DNA of 64,000 bases from the NCBI GenBank assembly GCA_043228905.1, contig JBHGNT010000005.1, positions 16,120,001 to 16,184,000 on the forward strand. The letters are read 5' to 3'. The notes under the pieces were generated by a model. That model did not search any database, was not told the DNA's origin, and saw nothing but the letters and a program-made list of their open reading frames with translations. Positions 49,301-62,200 of the stretch are shown piece after piece. The stretch is from Azolla caroliniana (lineage: Eukaryota; Plantae; Polypodiophyta). A program made the position numbers and the translations under genes. The number at the start of each line of letters is the position of its first letter. Within the stretch, counting starts at the first letter, position 1.

Positions 49301-52073
49301 TCAGTTATACCAGCATCAAGTGCACTTGAGCAAAGACGCAAAACCTGTGGCACAAAGACGGTACCGAATGAATCCGAATTATGCTGCCAAGGTCAAGGAA
49401 GAAATCGACAAACTGCTAAGAGTTGGCTTTATCCGTCCGGTAAAGAAAGCGACATGGCTGAGCCCGATCGTAGTCGTACCGAAGAAGAACGGAAAAATTC
49501 GAGTTTGCGTGGACTACCGGAAACTCAATGCGGCTACGGTAATGGATGCATTTCCACTTCCGTTCACAGATGGAGTGTTGGATGCCGTCGCCGGCCATGA
49601 GATCTATAGCTTCCTAGACGGATTCAGCGGATATAATCAGATCCGGATGCACCCCGACGACCAAGAGAAAATGGCATTCGTCACCGAATGGGGGGTGTTT
49701 GTGGCCGTGGTGATGATGTTCGGACTCAAAACAGCACCGGCAACGTTTCAAAGAATCATCATGGAAATCTTTGGTGAATATATACCGGCTTTTATGCAGG
49801 TTTTCCTTGACGATTTCGCCGTCTATAGCCGGGAGGAGGACCATTTTCAACATCTCCGTCTTTGACTAGAAAAGTGTAGAGCGTACCGGCTAAGCTTGAA
49901 TCCGGCAAAGTGTGTATTTGGCGTGTCCAGTGGAACTTTATTAGGACATATCGTAAGCCAGGAAGGTATAGCAGTCGACCCGGACAAAGTGAAAGCCATA
50001 TTAGAAGCACCGGCGCCGGAAACGGCAAAGGCATTGAGCCGGTTCTTAGGCCAGATCCGGTGGCACAGCCGGATGCTCCGATACTTGGCTGACCTGGCTA
50101 CACTGTTGCATGCCGCCGTACATCGGACACCATTCCAGTGGACCGATACTGAGGATAGGGCGTATAAGGCCCTCAAGGTACTATTATCGCAGGCACCGGT
50201 AGTACAACCTCCGGATTGGAGTAAAGAATTTCACGTGTTCGTGGACGCCTCTGACATCGCAATCGGAAGCGTATTGATGCAGCTTACAGAACCAAAGTGG
50301 TACCGGCCAGTGTACTATGCCAGCCGGAAGCTATCCCAAGCAGAACGGAACTACTCTACTACGGAACGGGAAGCTCTAGGAATGATCTACAGTGTGACAA
50401 AGTTTCAGCACTATTTATTGGGAAGGAAGTTTTCCTTCCATGTAGATCATTCAACACTCCTTTACCTGGTGTCCAAGGCGTCACTCACCGGCAAATTGGC
50501 CCGGTGGACCTTACTGTTACAGGAGTTCGAGTTTGAAATATTCCACCGACCCGGTATACAGCATGCCGTAGCAGATTACTTAAGCCGATTGGAGTCCGGA
50601 GAGACGGGTGACGGAGTACCGGATGAGTTTCCAGATGCGGAGCTGTTTCGAGTCACTACGGAGACGGCAGCAGATGAGACAATAGCCCAGGAAGACAAGT
50701 GGCTCACAAATATGCACCAGTTTCTGAGCACAGGACTGCCTCTGGAAGAGCTGAACCGGGATGAACGGAAACGCCTGGCGGTACAAAGCCGACATTTCTG
50801 CTTACTGCAAGACACACTGTACCACAAGGGAGCTGACGGCATATGGAGACGGGCGGTGCGCAGTGATGAAAAGGAACTGATACTGAGGGAAGCCCACTGC
50901 GGAGTTGCCGGAGGTCACTATGCCGGAGATGCGACAACCAGAAAAATATGGCAAAGTGGCCTATGGTGGCCAACGACATTAAGAGATGCGGTACGGTACA
51001 CAAAAGAATGTGACCTATGCCAGAGAATGGGCCAGCCAATGGAGCAGGCTCGTATGCCACACCAGCCGGTACTACCACTCGAGCCATTCCAAAAGTGGGG
51101 GCTGGACTTTGTAGGACCGTTCAAGCCACCGGCAATGAGAACGGGTAATCTGTACGTTATCGTTGCTACGGATTACTACACGAAATGGGTGGAGGCCAAA
51201 GCTTTACGGGATAACACCGCTGTGTCAACGACAAAGTTTCTATATGAGTACATCTGGTGCCGTTACGGATGCCCCATTGAATTGATAAGTGACCAAGGGG
51301 GACACTTTCACGGACAAGTGGTGGAAAGCCTAACGACCTTCTATGCCGTGGTCCACAAACGAAGCACACCTTACTATCCACAGGCGAACGGATTAGCGGA
51401 ATCAACAAACAAGACGCTCCAGAACATCCTTCGGAAGATCGTCAACGAGACCCGGACGGATTGGGACACAAAGCTATATAGCGCGCTTTGGGCATACCGG
51501 ACGGCATACAAAACGAGCATCCGAACAACACCGTTCCAGTTGGCGTTCGGACTCGAGGCGGTCATGCCGGTAGAATTTCAAGTACCTAGCTTACGGATTC
51601 AGCTACGAGAACGGCTGAACGAGAAGGAGTCGGAGACAATAAGGTTGATAGCGCTGTGTGAGCTGGAGGAACAACGGTTGGCCAACATCCTACATTTAGA
51701 ATTAGAGCAACGACGACGGAAAGCATTCGTCGACCGGCATAGGAAAGGTAACGAAAAAATGTTCGCAATTGGCAAACCAGTGCTAGTATTCCAAACCCGG
51801 ATGGGCAGGATGCCGGGTAAACTAAGGTTTAGATGGACCGGACCATATTGGCTAACACGGGAGTATAATGGGTCCTACCAGTTGGGGACACTTGCCGGCG
51901 AAGTGCTGGGCAAATGGGTGAATGGATTCCGGTTAAAGGCATATAGAGGACCGATGCCTAAGAACCCGTTTGAGCAAAGGACCGACGGCAACCATGAAGA
52001 CGGCAGAGACGGCAAGCCGGTAACCGGAGAGAATGTGGCCGGTAAGGGTCCGGGAGGACCAACGGACATGTGA
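46305..52073 (+). pseudogene. Single-frame gag-pol of gypsy G with four in-frame stops (46395, 47649, 48246, 49863)
   Basis: All ORF pieces share one frame; three CCHC knuckles, VIDGGSGVN (PR), FLDDF (RT), FVDASD (RH), HHCC and DDE integrase, and WTGPY (GPY/F). Confidence 0.92.
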
Positions 52074-52170
52074 TGTCACACTAATAATAATAATCACTGA
52101 AAAAAAAAAAAAACAATCATGCAAAAGCGAGGAATGAATGGATGAAAGAGCGTGGAGCGAAAAGGTACGT

Positions 52171-53270
52171 TGTCGTGGCGTGGCTCACCTAGAAGCGTAG
52201 CATTGCGTAGACAAAAGATATCGTGAAAGTGAGGAAGGAATCACTGGGATTATGGACGGAAGAGACGAAAGAGTAGAGATAGATAAATAGTGATCAACAA
52301 GATATGACAAGATAGGATATAGAATGATATTTGACGCAATAAAAGAGATTTATAATTATTTGATGAAAGAGTTACAAAAGTGGTTGTTCACGTCGTTGAA
52401 CCTCCGAACTTTGTCTTGCAAGGTAATCGCTCTTCTCTTTCTTGATCGTAGACCACTACAATCTTCACTTCAATATTTTAATGAAGATAAGGCTCGAACC
52501 GCCTCCCTCTTGTTGAGAGTTGACCACCACGACCGCCAAGCTAGAGCTCCACCTTTCTCTTGAACTTCTTCCTTTCTTTCTCTATTTTATGGTATCTCTT
52601 ATGTAATACATAATTTGATTGATATCTCATACATATCTCTCCTTTGATCTTCTCTTTCACCATTTAAATAGGTGCCCCCATGCATATGATGCATTGGAGG
52701 GTACAAATCATGCATGTAGTGCATGAAATGCATGTGATGCATGATCGCCTTTTGACGTTCATGCATTACATGTGATGCATGATAAACATCTCACTCATTT
52801 GAGCTTTTATGTATGAAACAATATATGCAATAACAATAAATATGAAAACATTTTTAATCTTAAAGAGAAAGGGCCTATCCTAATGGTAGGTGTGTCAACT
52901 TTGGTGTATGAGGTTGTGGGTTCGAGTCTCAAAATGCTATTGAATACAACATACAACTTTATTTTTATATCATGAAGCAAATCCTTTATGTAATATAAAG
53001 TATATATAAAGTATGCTTTATTTTATGTATATTACTAGTATAGAGTAAATGGTAAGATTTGAGAGTCATAGGGTGGGGTTATTGGTTCAAGTCCTCTCTT
53101 GTTCGTGTAATATAATATATTTATCTATATATATATATTATTTTTCTTTACATATATATAATATTATCATATGTGTTGTTAATATTATATAAAACATTAT
53201 CAAATGTTATTTTAGTTACGTAATTATCTTATTGTAGACTTTTAATGTGAAGCTTTCGTACTTCACGACA
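52171..53270. mobile_element. 1.1-kb solo LTR (probably minus orientation) inserted between pol and the extra ORF of G
   Basis: Termini TGTCGTG...CACGACA (7-bp inverted repeat); ACGT duplicated at 52167-52170 and 53271-53274; AT-rich, unlike the host element. Confidence 0.8.
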
Positions 53271-53549
53271 ACGTAGTGGGCATTTAAAGTGCCACCACAG
53301 GACATAATGCTATTTTAAGTACGCGACATGCACAAACTCGGAAAAGGCGCCAGAATGCACAGACAAAAACCATTGCGCGTAGAGACCCTCTATTTTCGCG
53401 AACCCAGGAGCACAGAAGCACCGAAACGCTGCAAGATTATCAGAAGAGAACCTGCGCACAGAGAACCCCCGCCTTCTGAACTCTCTCTTTCTCAACCCCG
53501 CTCTCATCACCATCCATCCTCACCACCGCAGTCCGACCCCGACACAGAA

Positions 53550-56303
53550 ATGGACCCGCAAACGCTGTCGGAAGCCGCCAAGACATGGCTGAAGCAACAC
53601 GGGCTCGAGGGCTTCTTGATGATGATGGAAGTACCGCCACACAAAGAAGCCGACAAAGTGATCAAAGAAATCGATACAGAGGTCATAACGGCAGAGGCGA
53701 TTCGAGCGTTAACAGGCCTTCCGGAGGGAGGCATACTCACGATCGACAATCCAACCCCGGAGCAACTCATCAGGTATTTTGGTGAGTACCGGACACAGGG
53801 CGGCGGAGATATGCCGTTCCGTGAAATTGCTCGTGTGCTCCATGAATACGGCCACGTATACCCTAGACCCCCTGTCATGCCGCAGAACCGGGCAGGGATG
53901 ATCATCGCCACCTATGAAGGGATCAAGGTGGATTGGCCGGTATTGATTGCAGACGGGTTGTGTGCGGCGATCGAGATCGTCAGAGGCAAAGATGGCAAAG
54001 AAGGCCGAGACGGACGAAGGATATGGCACACCGTAACGCAGTGGCTCACCTTGCTGGTGCCACCCGTTCAGACCGTCCAGCCCAAGAAGCGAGGAAGAGT
54101 GCCGGACGGCACCCCAAGGACGGCTTCCAAACGGCAGCAGCTGTTGGCCTCTAAGGCCAGTAAGGGAAAGGCAGTGGATGCAGACCAGGCGGCAGCAGGA
54201 AGTGGCAGCCGGAAGCGCCCAACGGAGGCGCAGGAGGAACCACCGGCACGACCCGTAAAGGTCACACTCCGCCGACCGGTGAATCGAGAAGTGGACCCCT
54301 TGGCGGCAAAACTCAATGCCAGAGCTCAGGAGGAGGAAATAGAGGAGGAGCCTACAGAGCACCTCCAGCGACGGTCGTCGGCAAGGACCGTTGAGACAAC
54401 CGGGAAACGTTCGGACCCTCAGACGGAGGGAACACCGGCTCCCCATACTGAGACTCCTACGCCAAGGAAGGAACCGGAACCGGTGCAGATGGCACCGGAA
54501 ACAGAAGCCCCGGCACCACCGGCAACACCGGCAAGTCCCAGCCCGCCAGAACCGGAAAGGTCACTGCAGCCTCCCTCGGTCAGCCAAGAAGAAGCGCAAG
54601 GGGACCAAGGACAACAGGATGGTCCACGGGCAGAAACGGAACTGCAACTTGGCGCAACCAGGCGGGACCACCCCTCTACAAGTGAGCCCATCTATCAAAC
54701 CTCCGTGCAAGCACAACAAGGCACCGGTAGCCTGTGGCTCCGGTGGATAGGCGAACAGATAGCCGGAGCAGTGGGGTATATAGAGGCGGAAGAAAGAGCG
54801 CAAAGCGAACGGTTGCTCGTCACAACCGAACAACTAGAGACGGCCCGGTCCAGAATCCGGTGCCTTGAAAAAGATTTGGATCAGGTCACGACAGAGATGG
54901 CTAAAATACGGATCCAATCACCGGTGACTCCGGTAAGTGTACAGAATAATGAAACGGAATGACCTGTACATAGGAATAAGACCCCGACAACGGAAACCGT
55001 TCCGGCGAGAGATGCGGCGCAAGCTCGGGAGCTTGCGGAATTGAGAGAGGAACTTGCTGCACAAGAAGCGCTAAGGAGCCGTGAACGAGAATTGAAGAAG
55101 GCGGCCGAAGCCGAATTAAAGAAGACTGCTGAGAATCTCCGCCGGGCAGAGGAGAGCCTTCGGAAAGGCCATCAAGCGTACAACCGGCTAAAGGAGGAGA
55201 AAGACAAAGTGCTGCAGGAAAAGGACAAGCTGCGGAAAACGACGGAAATAGAGATAGAACGGCTAAAAGAAGAGCTCCGCCAGCAGAAGGACCGCGAGGA
55301 CCGGGCCCGTCGTCAGATCAACGCACGACTCAAGCAAAAGACGGATGATTTTGAGCACCTGCACCGGGACTACAAACGGTTGGAAATAGAGCATAAAGAA
55401 TGGATGGCCGAGCTCCAGCAGGCAGTTGATCGGGCCGCAACGGCGATCGCCGACGAATGGGCGGAAAATACAAGACGCTTGGAAGAGGCGGAGAAGGTCC
55501 GGATGGAGCTCCAGAAGCAGCAGCAGGAAGACAAAGAGAGAGCGTCTACAGTATTGCAGAAATTACAAAGTACATATCAAAGGCAACTGACGCATTACAA
55601 GGCGCAGGCGGAGGACAACGTAAAAATCATCAAACAACTGAAGGAGGAACGGCAAGCGGCGGAAACCAAATCGCAATTGGGAACGAGCCGGATTCAGTCC
55701 ATCCTCCGGGCATGGCTGAATCAGACGAAGCACTTGATTGATGAAAGCTCTGTAAAATGGTGGACAAAGTGGGCACAAAACGCGGCGGAACTCCAGTTGC
55801 TACGGGCGGATGTGGCAAACCTGCGGAAGAAAGGAGATGACTGATATACGCTGACTTCCGAGGACTTCACTGCCATACGGGACGAGCTGGCCGACAACTT
55901 CCAAGTCCTGGCAGATGAACAGCTGGCGCAGGTCAGACAGCTCGTAGCTTAGCTGGACGATGATAGGCTGGACGCTCAAATCCAGTTTGAAAGCTACGAG
56001 CGGTCCCGGGTACGGGAAGAAAAAGCACAGGAAGCGACAACGGTTAACCTTAGTGATGAGGAACCGTCGTCGGCTGAGGGCCAGCCGGGAACCAGTCAAC
56101 CGGAAACCACCACGACGTAGGGAGCAACGACGGAGACGCTGGTGTCAGAGCCACAAACGGAGGAGCAGCCGTAGCAACCACCAACGGACCCGCCGCAGCA
56201 GACAACAACAGAGCAGCAACAACAGCAACAATAACAACCACTTCCAGATGAACCATTGGAGCCTCTCGAACAGAGTATTCTGGACATTTTGGACGAAGAA
56301 TAG
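53550..56303 (+). pseudogene. Extra 3' ORF of gypsy G (about 918 codons; upstream in-frame ATG at 53328): conserved N-domain, disordered Pro/Glu region, long coiled coil and acidic/Gln tail
   Basis: ORFs 53328-54962 and 55041-55844 and the downstream sequence are one frame to the TAG at 56301. The interrupting stops are TGA, TAG and TAA, consistent with C>T changes from CGA, CAG and CAA. Confidence 0.8.
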
Positions 56304-58533
56304 CAAGGGTCGGTTGTGGATTCGATGTACAAGGTACTGTCCCACGGGCGTGCCATGTGTTACCGGCCGACAAAGGAGTCCAGAGTGGGAAACGGAGAGC
56401 TAATTAAGTAGTAGGGATGTGGTTGTAATTAAGCTATGAGTGTGGACGGACGGACCGGAATCAGTATGCCGTTCCGGATCTGGACCGATCCCGAACAGGT
56501 GCGGATGGCACCGTTTTGTAATACAGACCGGAAACCTATTTAAAGGCCCGGATACAATGTAATAGTTAGCGGTTAATTAATGAAAGCTTAAGCGTTGTTA
56601 TATCTCTGTGTCAATTGCCGTTCTGTCTTAATTGTTATATCTTACGCGTGTTATGAAGACGATCCTAATAAGTAACTTAACTAAGTCAGATTAAGCGTTG
56701 AAGTCTAATCCGGTTGCCGTACCACCCTTTGGTGAAGTGTCTCACGTAGACACCCTGTGTTAGGCCATTGTCCAGCCCGAAGAGTTAACAAGCTGAAACC
56801 GGAACCGGCCAAGACCCCGAATCAGATTCGGATGAAGAGCAAATGGAGGAGCCGGCTACCGAAGCCCGAAGACGTAGATATCCTCTCAGAGAGAGAAGGG
56901 CCCCCCCGGAGATTTCCGGATGCAGAGCATGTGCTGCTGACCGATGAGGGAGAGCCGGAAAGCTTCGAAGAAGCGAAGGATGACACCCACAGACAAAAAT
57001 GGTTAAGTGCCATGCAGGACGAGATGGATTCCCTGCATGAGAACCATACATACGAATTAGTGGAGCTGCCGAAAGGAAAGTGGGCACTCTGAAATAAGGG
57101 GGTGTACAAGTTGAAACCGGGAGATGCCGGAAACCCCCCGAGATACAAAGCCAGGATCGTGGTGAAGGGGTTCCAGCAGAAGAAGGGCGTGGATTTCGAC
57201 GAGATATTTGCCCCGGTAGTAAAGATGACCTCCATCCGGACGGTGCTGAGTATAGCGGCAAGCATGGACCTTGAGGTAGAGCAGCTGGACGTGAAGACGA
57301 CATTCCTTCACGGCGACCTCGAAGAGGAGATCTACATGCAGCAACCGGAAGGATTCGTGGAGAAAGGGAAGGAGCACCTGGTATGCCGGTTGAAGAAGAG
57401 CCTGTACGGACTGAAGCAGGCTCCCCGTCAATGGTATCGGAAGTTCGACTCCTTCATGACCGATCAAGGGTACCACAAGACGCAGGCCGATCACTGCGTG
57501 TTTGTGAAGAAGTTTGAAGGAGGCGACTTCCTGATACTCCTTCTGTACGTGGATGACATGTTGATCGTCGGACGTGACCAAGTCAAAATACGGATGCTGA
57601 AGAAGGCTCTCAACCGGACCTTCTCAATGAAAAACTTGGGTCCGGCAAGACAGATGCTGGGGATGCACATCATTCGGGACCGGTCAAAGAAGCAATTATG
57701 GCTGTCACAGGAGAAGTATGTGACAAAGGTGCTTCACCGGTTCAACATGTCAGAAGCGAAACTGGTCGGATCGACACTTTCGGCAAACTGCAAGTTATCC
57801 GGCAAGCAAAGCCCGAAGACGAAAGCAGAGAAGACGGAAATGATGAAGATCCCATATGCCTCTGCCGTCGGGAGGTTGATGTACGCAATGGTGTGTACCC
57901 GACCGGATATAGGATACGCAGTAAGGGTGGTGAGCCGGTTTATGAGCAATCCCGGAAAGGAGCACTGGAACGCGGTCAAATGGATACTCCGGTATTTGAA
58001 GGGCACTTCAAATATGTGTCTCCGATTCTGCTCCGGAAAACCTCAACTGGACGATTTCACCGATTCGGACATGTCGGCTGATGTGGATACCAGCCGGTCT
58101 ACATCCGGGTATGTGATGACATATGCAGGGGGAGCTGTTTCGTGGCAGTCGAGGCTGTAGAAGACGGTTGCATTGTCAACCACGGAGGCGGAGTACATGG
58201 CAGCTGTGGAAGCCGGCAAGGAAATATTATGGATGAAGGACTTCATCGGAGATCTCGGTATCCGGCAAGAGGAATACCGACTCTACTGCGATAGTCAAAG
58301 TGCCATCCACCTTGCTAAGAATGCGGCCTACCATTCCCGGACGAAGCATATCCAGCGGAGGTATCATTGGATCCGGGAAAGAGTAGATGACCAGGAGTTC
58401 GCACTAACGAAGATCCACACGGCCGAGAACGGGTCAGATATGCTGACCAAAGTGCTGACACCCGACAAGCTGGACGCATGCCGGAAGAGGATCGGGCTGG
58501 TAAGACACCCCATGCCGGAGTGAAGGGGGAGTT

Positions 58534-59274
58534 TGTTGGGAAACAGGTCCCTCCGGATGGGAAGGGAGAAGAACAGTGCCTATGAACGAACTCGTATGAG
58601 GAGTACTCGGCTACGGAGAGCCGGATGGTGCAGGCCCGGTATGAACCGGATGAGGAGTACCCGGCTACGGAGAGCCGGATGGTGCAGGCCCGGTATGAAC
58701 CGGATGAGGAGTACCCGGCTACGGAGAGCCGGATGATACAGGCCCGGTATGAACCGGATGAGGAGTACTCGGCTACGGAGAGCCGGATGGTGCAAGCCCG
58801 GTATGAACCGGATGAGGAGACATATTCGTAAATATGTTTCTGAGAGCCTATCGAGGCTACATTTGTAAATAGCCGAAAAGTCATATTAGTATAAATATGA
58901 CTTAGGGCAAACTTTTAGTTATAGTAGTTGTCATTCTTCCTTGTTGGTGCAAGAAGAAGAGAGTGCGTAACTGTACAGAGAGAGAGAGAGAGACGAGGTC
59001 GTTGCCTCTGTTGTAACCACCGCCTGTGGCGAAGATTTGTGAGCATGAGGTCGGTGCCTCAGTGAACTCACTATTGTATATTCCTACATAGTGATAGTTT
59101 GCAGCCTGTGGGCTGCCGTGGTTTTTTCCCCTAGTTTGGGGTTTTCCACGTAAACATTCTGTGTACCCTTTTCTCTCCTTTGTGTCACGTGCATTTCATT
59201 TCCTGTTTTCTGTGTATGAAAAGAATCTCGGTTGCGGCCGAGCTTTGTGCATAAGGGGCGTTGGGTTCCCGTCA
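58534..59274 (+). repeat. 3' LTR of copia D
   Basis: About 97% similar to 38758-39502 by eye; preceded by PPT GAAGGGGGAG. Confidence 0.95.
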
Positions 59275-62200
59275 CTTTTGAGCAAGCGACAAGTCGTGTG
59301 TTGTATTGTCTTGCATCATGCGTCCATGATCACATGCTCAGCGACATCCGAGAGGTTAAAACGCCGAAGGAGGTGTGGAGAACCTCAAGAAGATTTTCAG
59401 GTCAACACGACCCCAAGAAAGCTTCAACTTCGTCAAGAATTGAACGACATACAACAGAGGGACATGTCAATCGGCAACTACACCGTGAAGATCAAGGAGT
59501 TGTGCGAGGCCCTTGCGTTGATAAATGTTAGCATTGACGATGATGAAATGGTGCAGATTTTCCTCGGAGGCTTAGCACCTCGGTTCGAAGCCATTCAGTC
59601 GGTAGTCCTCGTGAGGGAGAATCCTCCCTCCTTCGATCTCCAATCATGCTTCTAGTTGAGGAGAATCATGTTTGAACAAGAAGTAATGCGCAAGAAGGAG
59701 AAATGATCTATTCGAACTTTGATTGAGGAAGAGGACAAGGTTGTGGAAGAAGAGGCCGATTTGGCCAAGGCCGACACAACCAAGAGCAACCCCGAGAACA
59801 TAACTTCTACTACTGACAAGACACTTTAAACACGTGAGGCGGAGCATCCAGAAGAAGGGGGAGCAATCATGCCGGACCTAGTCGACAGCACAATTTCGCC
59901 CAGTGCAGATATTGTGGTAAAGTCGGTCACTATGAGGCATAGTGTCGAAAAAAGACGAGTGAGTTGGCCTCCACAAGCTGACAACTCACCAACTACGCCT
60001 CAAACTCCGACTACGACAATTGTGGCGGAATGTTCATGACGTGACACGGAGTGAATTCGATGACGACATCATGTCCGACAAGCACCTCCAACTCGGAAAA
60101 TGTACGGTTTGTCGATTCGGGTGCATCCAACCACATGACGTCTCATGCCGATTGGTTTCGAGAACTCCGAAAGCCCGATCGACCTGACTATGTTGAAACT
60201 TGGGATGACACAATCCACCCCATTCAACATGTCGACAATGTCTTGTTCGGCGAAGAGGGCAATCAGACCTACATAAAAAATGTCTTGCATGTTCTGATAA
60301 TAACGAAGAATCTGGTCTCGGTCGAACAGATTGTGGAACAGGGCATGCAAGTTCAGGTCAATGATGGAGGCAGCTTCATCGAAAAAGAAGGCTGAATTAT
60401 CGCTCGTGGTCAAAGAGAACACTGAATGTTCATCCTCGATTCTCATGAGATGAAATCGACAATGTATGCCAAGGGTCGAAAGGCCGACACTGACATAGAA
60501 TTGTGGCACAAACGAATTGGCCACATTAACCTCCAAAAGCTCAAAGGAATGTAGTCGAAAGGAGTCGTCATCGGACTTCCGACTTTTACCGAAAAGGAGA
60601 GTGTAGGCACATGTGAAGCATGCTAGTTCGGCAAACAACACCGACAACCATTCCCAAAGGAGAGGAATGTAAGAAAAGGGATCCTAGATGTAATACATTC
60701 AGATGTATCGGGACTAGCCCAAATGGCAACATTCGGTACTACGTAATGTTCATCGACGACTTCTCTAGACATACCCAGATTTATCCCATGCGCCAGAAGA
60801 GTGAAGTGTTCGAACACTTCCAAAAGTTCAAAAACGAAGTCGAAAAGGAGAAACTGTTCGACATGTCCGATGCCTTCAGTCGGATGGCAACAAAGAGTAC
60901 TTCTCCGATGCCTTTACAACATACCTTTGACAAGAAGGAATTTAGCGGGAGTTTACTTGCTGACACACACGTCAGCAGAAGGAACTAGCCGAACGCAAGA
61001 ATCGGCACATACTCGAGGTGGCAAGGGCAATGATGAATGAGAAACATTTGTCAAAGTCCTATTGGACTGAAGTGACGAATACGGCCATCTATATGATGAA
61101 TCGCTCCACAACTTCAGAAGTGCACAATGTTACCCCCCATGAGAGGTTCTATGGGAAGAAACCGAATCTATCCTACGTCAGGATATTCGGTTCAATAGCA
61201 TATGTACATATTCCCGATGAGAAATGGAAGAAGCTCGATCCCAAGTTGGAGAACTGTATACTCGTCGGGTACTCACTCGAGCAAAATGGGTAAAAGTGCT
61301 TCAATCCTTCCACCAAGAAGGTATGAGTGAGTAGGGATGTCGTATTTGATGAGTTGGCATCCTGGTATACAGTCGAATTAGCCCCATCCGACATAGTCAA
61401 AACAAGTTCGACACAGATGTAGAAGAGGATGATCGACCGGGGCTCATATCAGAGGAAAGTTCAATCTCAACTAGGTTGAGTGGACCACAAGAGCCTCCAA
61501 GTGACCAAAGCACAACACAATTGAGTCCGAAATAGGAGAAAGGAAAGGCCAAAATTCCTGAGTAGAAAGACTCAAATAGAAACAAATCGGACCACTCACC
61601 TGGCAGTGAGCATGGTGGATTGGATGTGCCCATCATGATGACACCAGGAGAACCACGTCGCTCCACCCGAGAGAAGAACGTAGTCATCCGATTCGGCTAG
61701 AACAACTACATGGCATATCATTATGCATTCATGATGAAGATGGCGACCGTTCAAGAACCAGAAACCTTTTTTGAAGCCGCAAAGGACTCTAGATGGGTTG
61801 AAGCGATGAATGAGGATATGCAAGCACTCTCCAAGAACGAGACCTAGGATCTCGTCCCTTCATCACATCACCAAAAGGCAATTGGATGCTGGTGGATCTT
61901 CAAAGTGAAGCACAACACCGATGACACTGTCAATTGGTAAAAGGCCTGGCTTGTGGCAAAGGGATATGTGCTGAGGCACGATGTCGATTATGAAGAGACC
62001 CTTGCCCCGGCTACAAAGATGACAATCATTCGAACTGTGATTGCGCTCGTAGCAGCAAAGGGTGGCACCTCCACCAAATGGATGTAAAGAACACCTTCTT
62101 ACAAGGTGAGTTAGACGAGGAGGTGTACATGGTACAACCACCCAAATTTGTGTTGAGTATGCATCCTACAATTGTTTGTCAAGTCAAGAAGCCTCTCTAC

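Larger units (their letters stand above)
45814..56790 (+). mobile_element. Non-chromoviral Ty3/gypsy 'G' (11 kb) with an extra 3' ORF, inserted into the INT-RT linker of D
   Basis: LTRs at 45814-46251 and 56358-56790 (TGTTA...TTAACA); TSD AGCTG at 45809-45813 and 56791-56795; PBS TGGCGACCAC at about 46259 (tRNA-Arg-like, tentative); domain order PR-RT-RH-INT; no chromodomain seen. Confidence 0.96.
38758..59274 (+). mobile_element. Ty1/copia 'D' (pol close to A/C, divergent gag), inserted into the gag of F
   Basis: LTRs at 38758-39502 and 58534-59274; TSD CTTTT at 38753-38757 and 59275-59279; PBS at 39505-39516; PPT at about 58522-58531; coding pieces at 39533-40055, 44002-45813 and 56796-58523. 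Confidence 0.96.

Noticed and set aside
52869-52945. A genuine tRNA gene
   Set aside because: The A and B boxes are present, but acceptor and anticodon stems do not pair convincingly; reported only as tRNA-like.
45814-56790. Nested G LTRs look slightly more diverged (about 15 of 433) than host D LTRs (about 20 of 741)
   Set aside because: Counts are by eye and small; the difference is within sampling noise and only suggests insertions close in time.
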